Source: an uncultured Candidatus Actinomarina sp. (GTDB lineage: Bacteria; Actinomycetota; Acidimicrobiia; Actinomarinales; Actinomarinaceae). Taken from it: a stretch of 64,000 bases of DNA. The stretch is taken from contig CACNFT010000001.1 in NCBI GenBank assembly GCA_902619825.1, forward strand, positions 135,529-199,528, in the 5' to 3' direction. Both the position numbers and the translations under genes were made by a program. Below the pieces are notes generated by a model. The model saw only the letters and a list, made by a program, of their open reading frames with translations, did no database searches and was not told where the DNA came from. This document shows, piece after piece, positions 9,163 to 16,798 of the stretch; the first letter of the stretch is position 1, and the number at the start of each line of letters is the position of its first letter.

Positions 9163-9849
9163 TTGATTTTCAAAAGAAAAATAATTGACAGCCTTAAAAT
9201 ATCTCAAAAAGATGAGATTAATGAACTAAAAACTGAACACACAAAAGAACTAAAGCAAATAAAAAAAGTACATGATCAAGCTCTCAAAAACGTTTCAGAA
9301 ACTTATGTTGAAGAACTAGAGATAAAAAAATCTGAATATAGAAAAAAATTAGAAGATTGGAAAGTAAGAGCTGACAAACATTTACAAGATGAGATTGATA
9401 AATACAAAAAAGAAATAGGAAGAGAAGAAAAGAAAAAAACTGAAATTGAAAGAAAAGAAATACAAAAGAAAATGGAAAATGAAATCTCCTTATTAATAGC
9501 CAAATTGGAAGAAAAAAAACAAAAGGAATTAAAAAAATTAGAAGAAAAATATAAAGATACTGGAGTGCTTACTGAGAAATTACAAAACTATTTCTCTAAT
9601 TTTTTAGGAAAAGAATATGATGATATTTCTTTCAAAGAGCTTGAAAAAATTCTAAAAAATGAACTAGAAGAACTAGTTAATGAACTTGATGAGGTAAAAA
9701 AAGAGATTGATACTAAGAATGAAGTTGTCAAAGAATTTAATGAATTAGCCAAAGAAATGAATTATTTACATGAAGAGACAGTAGAGAAAAAGAATGAACT
9801 CTATGAACTAAAACAAGTAATTAGAAAATTGAGAGAGGAAAATTTTTAA
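9163..9849 (+). CDS. Hypothetical K/E-rich coiled-coil protein, 228 aa (TTG start)
   Basis: The ORF begins 4 nt after the Hsp70-like stop. It is strongly charged, helical and low-complexity. Confidence 0.45.
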   Translation: MIFKRKIIDSLKISQKDEINELKTEHTKELKQIKKVHDQALKNVSETYVEELEIKKSEYRKKLEDWKVRADKHLQDEIDKYKKEIGREEKKKTEIERKEIQKKMENEISLLIAKLEEKKQKELKKLEEKYKDTGVLTEKLQNYFSNFLGKEYDDISFKELEKILKNELEELVNELDEVKKEIDTKNEVVKEFNELAKEMNYLHEETVEKKNELYELKQVIRKLREENF

Positions 9850-9966
9850 GGAAAAACATGCTTTATGAGTTTAATTTGCATACCTGTGGCCTCATATAGG
9901 CTTTATCACTGCCAGAACTGCCAAAAGTAAATTAGGTCGTCTGAAAACAACCTGTACAATATATAT

Positions 9967-11808
9967 ATGGAAAAGAGAATATCTAAATCATTTAGGATCA
10001 TTTTTTCTAGTTTGTACCCAAATTTCAATGAAGAAGAAGCAAAAAACTCTGAGAAATACTTTAATTTCATCCTCGCAAATTTTCCTGATAGATCAGAAAT
10101 CACACTGCTAAAAATCGTCTTTTTTATCTTTTCTTTTGGTATAAGAAAAGTGTTCATAAAAGACAAAAATATTCCTAAATTTGTACAAAATCTACAAAGC
10201 TCGAACTTATCATTACTCAGAAAACTTGGCTCAGGCATGACAGCATTATTTGGATTAAGTACTGCAAGATCCCTTGACGGAGAGGGTTCTGTATACAAAC
10301 ATCTTGATTATCCGATCTATAAAAATACAAGAATAGAAAAAAAAGATGTATCAATTCCAAAAAGTATTGAGGTAGCAGTGATTGGAAGTGGTTCTGGTGG
10401 AGGTGTTGCAGCCAATATTCTCAATGAAAAATATGAAGTAGGTCTCTTCGAAAAAGGTAGTCACGGAAATGGTGAGACAAACAACGAGACATTCGGATAT
10501 CACAACTTCTATGACACTAACGGAATACAACAAACTAGAGGATATAAAGTCTTACTTTTGGCTGGAATGGGAATTGGTGGAGGTACCAGCGTGAATTGGA
10601 CAACTTCTCTACGAACACCTGACAATATATTAAGTGAATGGGACTCACTTACAGGACAAGATAACTATTTCAACTCCAGTGAATTTAAAAGCAGTATGGA
10701 TTATGTCTGTAAAGAATTAAATGTTGATGTAGAAAATAATAGAATCCCACAAAAAGAAGAGAAATTGGCAGAGGGTTTAGAGCTTAATGATCTTAGTTAT
10801 AAACTTATCCCGAGGAACACCAGTAATGCAGATTGCACAGAATCTGGCTTCAGTACTTTTGGTCGTTACGATGAAAGTATCAACTCCACTAACAAAGTTT
10901 GGTTTTCAGAAGATAAATTTGATCCTAAAAATGTGTTCAGTGATACAAATATCAAAAGCCTTGATATATCAAATGGAAAAGCAACACACATTAATGTTGA
11001 AAATAACGGGACACTACATAAAGTTGCCGTTGATAAGGTGATTCTTGCTGCTGGTTCCCTTAATACACCTAAAATATTGCTTGATAGTGGATATAGAAAT
11101 AAACATCTTGGTCATAATTTAAAACTACACCCTGTTTCTGGTGTCGCAGGTAAATTCTCAGACGAACAGAAACCATGGGCAGGAACAATGCAGGGTATAT
11201 ATTCAGATGACAATTTGTTTATGAAAGACAATTATGGATATCTTTTAGAGGGACTGCCAATGCATCCAAGTCTTTTCTTTCCGTTTTTTCCAAATAACAC
11301 TGATAAATTTGATGATTTTGTTGAAAGCTACAATCATTGGTCTGGAGGGATAGTTCTCACATCAGATACTAGCTCTGGATCAATCATCAATAAGAACCCC
11401 CAACATTTATGGGATTATAATTTAAACGATTTTGATCATAAGAACTTGATGCATGGAATTGAAAACCTTGTACGAGCAAATTATTTGGCCGGCGCAGAAG
11501 AGATTATGGTTGCAGCCTCTCCCACAATGCATTGGAAAAAATCATCAAATATAGATATCGAAGACTTCATAAACGATATTAGAGCAATAAAAAATCAGCC
11601 TTTTAGAATGCTGCTTGGTTCTGCACATCAAATGGGAACAGCCAGAATGAACCCAGATCCAAATCTAGGAGTAACTGATATTGATGGAAAAGTACATGGA
11701 TTAGATAATGTTTATGTTGTTGACTCATCGGTGTTTCCTCGATGTTCTGGAGTGAATCCAATGGTGACTATACAGTCAACAAGTCACTTTTTAACGTCAA
11801 AGATTTAA
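9967..11808 (+). CDS. GMC-family FAD-dependent oxidoreductase with a ~130-aa N-terminal extension
   Basis: FAD motif VIGSGSGGGVAA. C-terminal GMC signature HQMGTARMNPDPNLGVTDIDGKVHGLDNVYVVDSSVFP. Confidence 0.8.
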   Translation: MEKRISKSFRIIFSSLYPNFNEEEAKNSEKYFNFILANFPDRSEITLLKIVFFIFSFGIRKVFIKDKNIPKFVQNLQSSNLSLLRKLGSGMTALFGLSTARSLDGEGSVYKHLDYPIYKNTRIEKKDVSIPKSIEVAVIGSGSGGGVAANILNEKYEVGLFEKGSHGNGETNNETFGYHNFYDTNGIQQTRGYKVLLLAGMGIGGGTSVNWTTSLRTPDNILSEWDSLTGQDNYFNSSEFKSSMDYVCKELNVDVENNRIPQKEEKLAEGLELNDLSYKLIPRNTSNADCTESGFSTFGRYDESINSTNKVWFSEDKFDPKNVFSDTNIKSLDISNGKATHINVENNGTLHKVAVDKVILAAGSLNTPKILLDSGYRNKHLGHNLKLHPVSGVAGKFSDEQKPWAGTMQGIYSDDNLFMKDNYGYLLEGLPMHPSLFFPFFPNNTDKFDDFVESYNHWSGGIVLTSDTSSGSIINKNPQHLWDYNLNDFDHKNLMHGIENLVRANYLAGAEEIMVAASPTMHWKKSSNIDIEDFINDIRAIKNQPFRMLLGSAHQMGTARMNPDPNLGVTDIDGKVHGLDNVYVVDSSVFPRCSGVNPMVTIQSTSHFLTSKI

Positions 11809-11809
11809 T

Positions 11810-12313
11810 TTACGGATAGTTCTTGTCAGGTATAAAAAATGTCTGAGCCCTGGCTTGACCTAAGTTTATAAACAATCCAGAAGACTCAACATGTACTTCT
11901 TCACCAGAGAATATTATGGATTCGGTATATACCTTTTTTCCATCAATCTCTTTAACCCAAGCACTTAACTCAAACTCTTCTTCAACTGGACATGGTGATC
12001 TATAGTTGACTTCAAGATTGGCCGTCACACACCAGAGGTTATGGGTAACGGTTGCATACCCCATCATTTCATCTAATACTGTTGAAAGTATTCCACCATG
12101 TACGAGACCGGGCCCTCCCTCAAATCTTTTCTCAAATATATATTTAGCATATATTTTCTGATCTCTAATCACAGGAACCATTTTCATGCTCTGGGGGTTC
12201 TCTACTCCACTTACAAAAGAAGAGTCTGGATATATATCTTGTAAAACTGTCCCCTCAGACCATCCAGGGCTTGAAATTTCTAAATTGTCTCCAGTTATGA
12301 ATTTATAGTCCAT
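11810..12313 (-). CDS. Hotdog-fold thioesterase (PaaI/YbgC-like)
   Basis: Motif LVHGGILSTVLDEMMGYA; 167 aa. Confidence 0.65.
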   Translation of the reverse strand: MDYKFITGDNLEISSPGWSEGTVLQDIYPDSSFVSGVENPQSMKMVPVIRDQKIYAKYIFEKRFEGGPGLVHGGILSTVLDEMMGYATVTHNLWCVTANLEVNYRSPCPVEEEFELSAWVKEIDGKKVYTESIIFSGEEVHVESSGLFINLGQARAQTFFIPDKNYP

Positions 12314-12927
12314 TATTTATTTTTAAGTTCTTTTCTTAATGATTCACTAACTATAGCATTTGTGAGATCTGACCTTGTTCTCTCTATGATTGCTCTGGCG
12401 GTATCAGCGTATCTTCTAAGACCTCCAGTCAAAGCATCCGGGTAGTCTAACTCGTTAAAGATTTCCATAGAGGCCTCCATAATAGCCAAATACTTCTCAC
12501 CTTCTTCAATCTCTAGTTTTCTAAGACTATCCAAGACTTTTCTTCTCCACTCTCCAATTGCATCACCAAGTCCCTGTATGTAGTTTGAGGCAGACACATT
12601 CATCCCCTCAAATTCAAGAAGTGAATTAGTTTTCTCGAATTCGAAAACTAAAAATGCCTCAATTAACTCCCTTTCCGAGTCATTTACATAACCTGCAAAT
12701 CGCAATTCTGGAATATCTTTCAAAGAAGAGCGTAAATCCTGGTAATTTTTATTTGCCTCGTCTAAATGTTGTTTAGCCTCGTCTAGATTGTTACGATGAA
12801 CATTCCTTATCGACTTAGAACAAGATTTTATGATCTCTCTGGAGAGTTTTAGGGACTGTTCTCTAATATCGTTTAATTTATCAAACTCTTTAACGAGACT
12901 ATTGGTAATCTGCTCAGGTGTTTTCAA
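12313..12927 (-). CDS. Hypothetical helical protein, 204 aa, possibly translin-like
   Basis: The pattern DIREQSLKLSREIIKSCSKSIRNVH ... RFAGYVNDSERELIEAFLVFEFEKT resembles translin/TRAX helices. I could not verify this. Confidence 0.45.
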   Translation of the reverse strand: MKTPEQITNSLVKEFDKLNDIREQSLKLSREIIKSCSKSIRNVHRNNLDEAKQHLDEANKNYQDLRSSLKDIPELRFAGYVNDSERELIEAFLVFEFEKTNSLLEFEGMNVSASNYIQGLGDAIGEWRRKVLDSLRKLEIEEGEKYLAIMEASMEIFNELDYPDALTGGLRRYADTARAIIERTRSDLTNAIVSESLRKELKNK

Positions 12928-12930
12928 GTT

Positions 12931-13305
12931 TTAAACAGCTTCTTTGAAGTAGCTTTCTTCCTCTACCGTATTTTCTACTTGATTGCCCATGGTTAGATTA
13001 TTTTGTACCTGCATGGATCTTCTTACCTGAAAGGAGAGGAACGCATAAATACCAAATACGCAATCAAGAACAAGATGAAAAATAAATAATGGGACAGACA
13101 TGGTCTGTATAGATACAAAGAAAGTTGAAACTGCAAGTAGTCCTAGTACTAGATACCCTCTTCTTTGCCTATTCACCATGGAGTCATATTCAGGAGAGAT
13201 AATATAGGCATAACTGTTTTGATTTTTGGAAATCTGAATCTCGGGAAGTATCACTGCCATCGATAGTGATAAAAGTAGCCCTATTAAAATTAATGTTGAA
13301 CTCAT
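12931..13305 (-). CDS. Small integral membrane protein
   Basis: 124 aa with 3 hydrophobic segments. Confidence 0.45.
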   Translation of the reverse strand: MSSTLILIGLLLSLSMAVILPEIQISKNQNSYAYIISPEYDSMVNRQRRGYLVLGLLAVSTFFVSIQTMSVPLFIFHLVLDCVFGIYAFLSFQVRRSMQVQNNLTMGNQVENTVEEESYFKEAV

Positions 13306-13366
13306 TGCCCTGCCTCAACTCTTCTTAAAAATATATTACAACAAATCTAATTTATATTCTTAAGTT

Positions 13367-13966
13367 TCAAAATTTATTCTCATCGCCTTTTGATAGTCGG
13401 GATAGATTTTCTCGATGCTGATAGAAAATTAGTAACAAAATAAATAGTTGAAACCCAACGATGTAAATTTCTGGTGATTGAAAAATGACATAAAGTGCAC
13501 CAACTGAGCATGTAAACAGACTTGATATTGCTGAAATTCTAAAAATGAAGAATATTCCAAAATAAAGTGCAATAAATCCAAAAATTAGAGCAATTTCCCA
13601 AAATAAAAACCCTAAATCTGGTGCAATAAAAACAATATATCCTATTACTGTCCCTAAATACGTTGCGACACCCTTTCCGCCTTTAAATCCATAAAATATT
13701 GGAAAACAATGCCCTATAACTGCGAGAGATGCATAGATTAATGTCTCTAATTCACCTCCAAAAATCAGAAATGGAGCAATTCCCTTAAATAAATCGCCAA
13801 CGAGTACGATTATTGCATATTTTTTTCCGAGTGCTCGCAAAACGTTTGAAGAACCTGGATTTCCACTTCCAATCTCTTGAATATTGATATTTTTGAATTT
13901 TGCAACAATATAAGCAAAATTAATCGAACCTATTAGATAGCTTGCAATAACGGGAACAATGCTCAT
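13367..13966 (-). CDS. plsY: Glycerol-3-phosphate acyltransferase PlsY
   Basis: Motif SGNPGSSNVLRALG; multi-pass membrane protein of ~200 aa. Confidence 0.85.
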   Translation of the reverse strand: MSIVPVIASYLIGSINFAYIVAKFKNINIQEIGSGNPGSSNVLRALGKKYAIIVLVGDLFKGIAPFLIFGGELETLIYASLAVIGHCFPIFYGFKGGKGVATYLGTVIGYIVFIAPDLGFLFWEIALIFGFIALYFGIFFIFRISAISSLFTCSVGALYVIFQSPEIYIVGFQLFILLLIFYQHRENLSRLSKGDENKF

Positions 13967-14196
13967 GATTAGATTCTACTTACTTAAATTTAAATAAGTT
14001 TTTATTCCATTGATGTATTTTTAATTTATTGTAGATATTGGTAAAGATGAATATAGAGAGTTGTTCAAAAAGAAGATTTAAATCTGAAAACGAGGCAAGA
14101 AAAGAAAGAGGCTGGGCTGAGTCAGAGTACAATCAGAAATTCAATATTTATAGATGTGGTGATTGCAACAACTGGCATTTAGCTAGTATAAAATAG

Positions 14197-14952
14197 ATGC
14201 TTGAAATTTTAACTGGTGTTTTACAGGGACTGACAGAATTTTTACCGATATCATCAAGTGGTCATCTCGTCATTATTTCATCATTAAGTTCTGAACTCGA
14301 CCTAAACACCAATGACATTGCCTTCTTGCATATTGGCACTTTATTCTCAATAGTATTTTTCTACCGAAAGAGAATTTTCGAGATATTTGAAGATTTAGAG
14401 ACTTTTATCTTTTATTTCAAAATAATTCTTGCTGGTATTATTCCAGCGGTTCTCATTGGTTTACTGACACCTATACAAAATATCATCGATGAGAGTCCCA
14501 ACCTTATTCTTATCACAGGAGCCTCATACTTAATTTTTTCATTACTCCTAATTTTTTCAGGAAAAATAAATAATAGTGAAGCATTAAACATCAGAGATAT
14601 AACCGTCAGCCAAGCATTTGTTATTGGGATCGCTCAATCTATTGCATTGCTTCCAGGAGTTTCACGATCTGGTGTAACTTTATTGACAGCTATTTATCTC
14701 GGGGTAAAAAAAGCTGATGCAATTTATTATTCACTCTTGCTAGGTATCCCAACAATATTTGGAGCATGGAGCCTAACCTTTATCAATGACTCCTTTCAAG
14801 TAAACACAAATATTATTCTTCCAACAGTTGTTGCTATGTTTACCGGACTACTTGCGATAAGAGTTTTAATTAATTTTACAACCAGTTCAAAACTGCAATA
14901 TTTTGGTTATTACTGTCTATTACTTTCCGTGTTCTGTTTTATAGCTAATTAA
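14197..14952 (+). CDS. uppP: Undecaprenyl-diphosphatase UppP (BacA)
   Basis: N-terminal LQGLTEFLPISSSGHLVI and the PGVSRSG motif. Confidence 0.85.
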   Translation: MLEILTGVLQGLTEFLPISSSGHLVIISSLSSELDLNTNDIAFLHIGTLFSIVFFYRKRIFEIFEDLETFIFYFKIILAGIIPAVLIGLLTPIQNIIDESPNLILITGASYLIFSLLLIFSGKINNSEALNIRDITVSQAFVIGIAQSIALLPGVSRSGVTLLTAIYLGVKKADAIYYSLLLGIPTIFGAWSLTFINDSFQVNTNIILPTVVAMFTGLLAIRVLINFTTSSKLQYFGYYCLLLSVFCFIAN

Positions 14953-15994
14953 TTTTTAGATCAATTGGTTTTTTCTTTGGGGCAATGGCATTAATTGCAT
15001 TGACCATTTCCTCGACAACTTTGAAATCATTATCTCCACCAAATTCGAGAAGTTTTCCATCCTCTGAATATTTTGATACAGAATCATATAACGGTAGGCT
15101 GCCAATAAATTCAACACCTAAGTTCTTTGAAAGTTCTTCTCCTCCGCCTTTACCAAACGGATATAGTTTTTCATTCCCATTCTCTAAATAAGACATATTT
15201 TCAATAACACCAATGATGCTTGAGTTCACTTTTTTCGACATAATTCCTGCTCTTTCTGCAACAGTTGTTGCATTACTTTGAGGTGTTGTAATAATGATCG
15301 TTTCATAAAAGTTAAGAAATTGAGAAAGGGATATCGAGACATCACCTGTTCCAGGTGGCATATCGATAAGTAAGATATCTATATCCTGCCATAAAACTTC
15401 ATACAGGAATTGTTCAATAGCCTTATGAAGCATTGGCCCTCTCCAAATTACTGCCTCATCTTGTTTAACGAAGTACTCCATTGAGATAACGCTGAGGTCA
15501 TTTATTTTTGATGGAAAAATTCTGTTATTGAATGGGATTGGTGGAAATTTTGCTCCTAACATTTTTGGTATTGAATATCCCCAGATATCAGCATCAAGAA
15601 TCCCAACTTTTTTTCCTTGTTTTGCAAAAGCCATTCCAAGTAAAGATGAAATAGTTGATTTTCCAACACCACCTTTTCCGGAAGAGATACCAATAATTCT
15701 CTTACCTTTGCTAAAGTCTTTTTTTGCATCCTCTACAGATAGATCTGCTTTCACTAATTTTGATGCAGATTCAATATCTACTGTCGTTGGCTCAATAAAC
15801 TCAATTTTTATCTTTTCATCAACAGTTTTTATAAGCTCTTGAACGGCTGAACGAACCCAATCTATATTGAAATAATCAATAACCTCTAATTGATTGCTTT
15901 TGTTTAATGTAAAGCACTCAAGCTCTCCAAATGTCTTATTGAATCCAGGATAAATAAGTTTTTCAAATTCCATACTTATGTATTGTATGTTCAA
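14945..15994 (-). CDS. Fe-S cluster carrier ATPase Mrp/ApbC
   Basis: P-loop GKGGVGKST; ParA/MinD-like deviant Walker A; N-terminal DUF59-like region. Confidence 0.85.
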   Translation of the reverse strand: MNIQYISMEFEKLIYPGFNKTFGELECFTLNKSNQLEVIDYFNIDWVRSAVQELIKTVDEKIKIEFIEPTTVDIESASKLVKADLSVEDAKKDFSKGKRIIGISSGKGGVGKSTISSLLGMAFAKQGKKVGILDADIWGYSIPKMLGAKFPPIPFNNRIFPSKINDLSVISMEYFVKQDEAVIWRGPMLHKAIEQFLYEVLWQDIDILLIDMPPGTGDVSISLSQFLNFYETIIITTPQSNATTVAERAGIMSKKVNSSIIGVIENMSYLENGNEKLYPFGKGGGEELSKNLGVEFIGSLPLYDSVSKYSEDGKLLEFGGDNDFKVVEEMVNAINAIAPKKKPIDLKIN

Positions 15995-16014
15995 TACTTT
16001 ATTAAATTAAACTT

Positions 16015-16506
16015 ATGTTGAAAAGAAATTTTATCCTATTGTCCCTAGTCGGACTAGTTCTTGTAATCTCAACAACATTTCAAGAGGAAAATACAGATCT
16101 TGAAGCACTACCAAACAACGTAAATTTAGACCTATCTATTGTTTTTGAAAATCTAGATCCGAATATTGCCCTTACAAGCGAGGAATATATTGTTATTAAC
16201 CTCTGGGCGACTTGGTGCACACCATGTATCGAGGAAGTGGGATACCTTCAAAAATTAAATGAACTAGATAAATTTGTTGTAGTTGGATTATTGGTCGATG
16301 ATTCTGAGACAAATGCAATTGAATTTATAAAAGAATATAACTTAACGTATGAAAATATTTTGTCGGAAGAAAAAGTTGAATCATTCATCACTCAATTTTT
16401 CTGGAGCGGACTTCCAACAACTCTATTATTAAACAAAGACTTTGTTGTAGTCAATACATTTAACGGTCCTATAACGGATCAGATGATTATTGATTATGTC
16501 AATTAG
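16015..16506 (+). CDS. TlpA/ResA-like membrane-anchored thioredoxin
   Basis: Signal/anchor segment followed by the motif WATWCTPC. Confidence 0.75.
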   Translation: MLKRNFILLSLVGLVLVISTTFQEENTDLEALPNNVNLDLSIVFENLDPNIALTSEEYIVINLWATWCTPCIEEVGYLQKLNELDKFVVVGLLVDDSETNAIEFIKEYNLTYENILSEEKVESFITQFFWSGLPTTLLLNKDFVVVNTFNGPITDQMIIDYVN

Positions 16507-16537
16507 AACAAATACAGTTTCTGCTTATAATTAAATT

Positions 16538-16675
16538 ATGGATGCAATAATGATTTGGCGAATTGTCCTCGTTCTTGGGACACTTGGATTTTTAGGTGCA
16601 ATGGGTATATTCACTTTAAAACTTATTGCTGCATCTACTGGAAGAAAACGACTTATAGATCTATTTGTTAGATGA
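16538..16675 (+). CDS. Possible small hydrophobic peptide, 45 aa
   Basis: ATG ORF MDAIMIWRIVLVLGTLGFLGAMGIF... lying between the trx-like gene and the tRNA. No other support. Confidence 0.2.
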   Translation: MDAIMIWRIVLVLGTLGFLGAMGIFTLKLIAASTGRKRLIDLFVR

Positions 16676-16677
16676 TT

Positions 16678-16754
16678 TGGTAGCGGGGGTAGGATTTGAA
16701 CCTACGACCTCTGGGTTATGAGCCCAGCGAGCTACCAGACTGCTCCACCCCGCG
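16678..16754 (-). tRNA. Initiator tRNA-fMet (anticodon CAT), CCA encoded
   Basis: The sequence CGCGGGGTGGAGCAGTCTGGTAGCTCGCTGGGCTCATAACCCAGAGGTCGTAGGTTCAAATCCTACCCCCGCTACCA folds as a cloverleaf. The 1:72 pair is unpaired (C.U) and the anticodon stem has three G-C pairs, both initiator hallmarks. Confidence 0.9.
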
Positions 16755-16798
16755 CTGAATACCAATAGTAATTAAGAATTTATTTAACTCAAGCTTTT

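Noticed and set aside
9163-9849. Repetitive K/E-rich region considered as a DNA tandem repeat or CRISPR-like array
   Set aside because: The repetition is at the amino-acid compositional level (GAA/AAA-rich codons), not regular DNA repeats with spacers. No CRISPR-like periodicity is present anywhere in the window.
9906-10298. 130-aa minus-strand ORF overlapping the GMC oxidoreductase start
   Set aside because: It overlaps the N-terminus of a better-supported gene and has no recognisable features.
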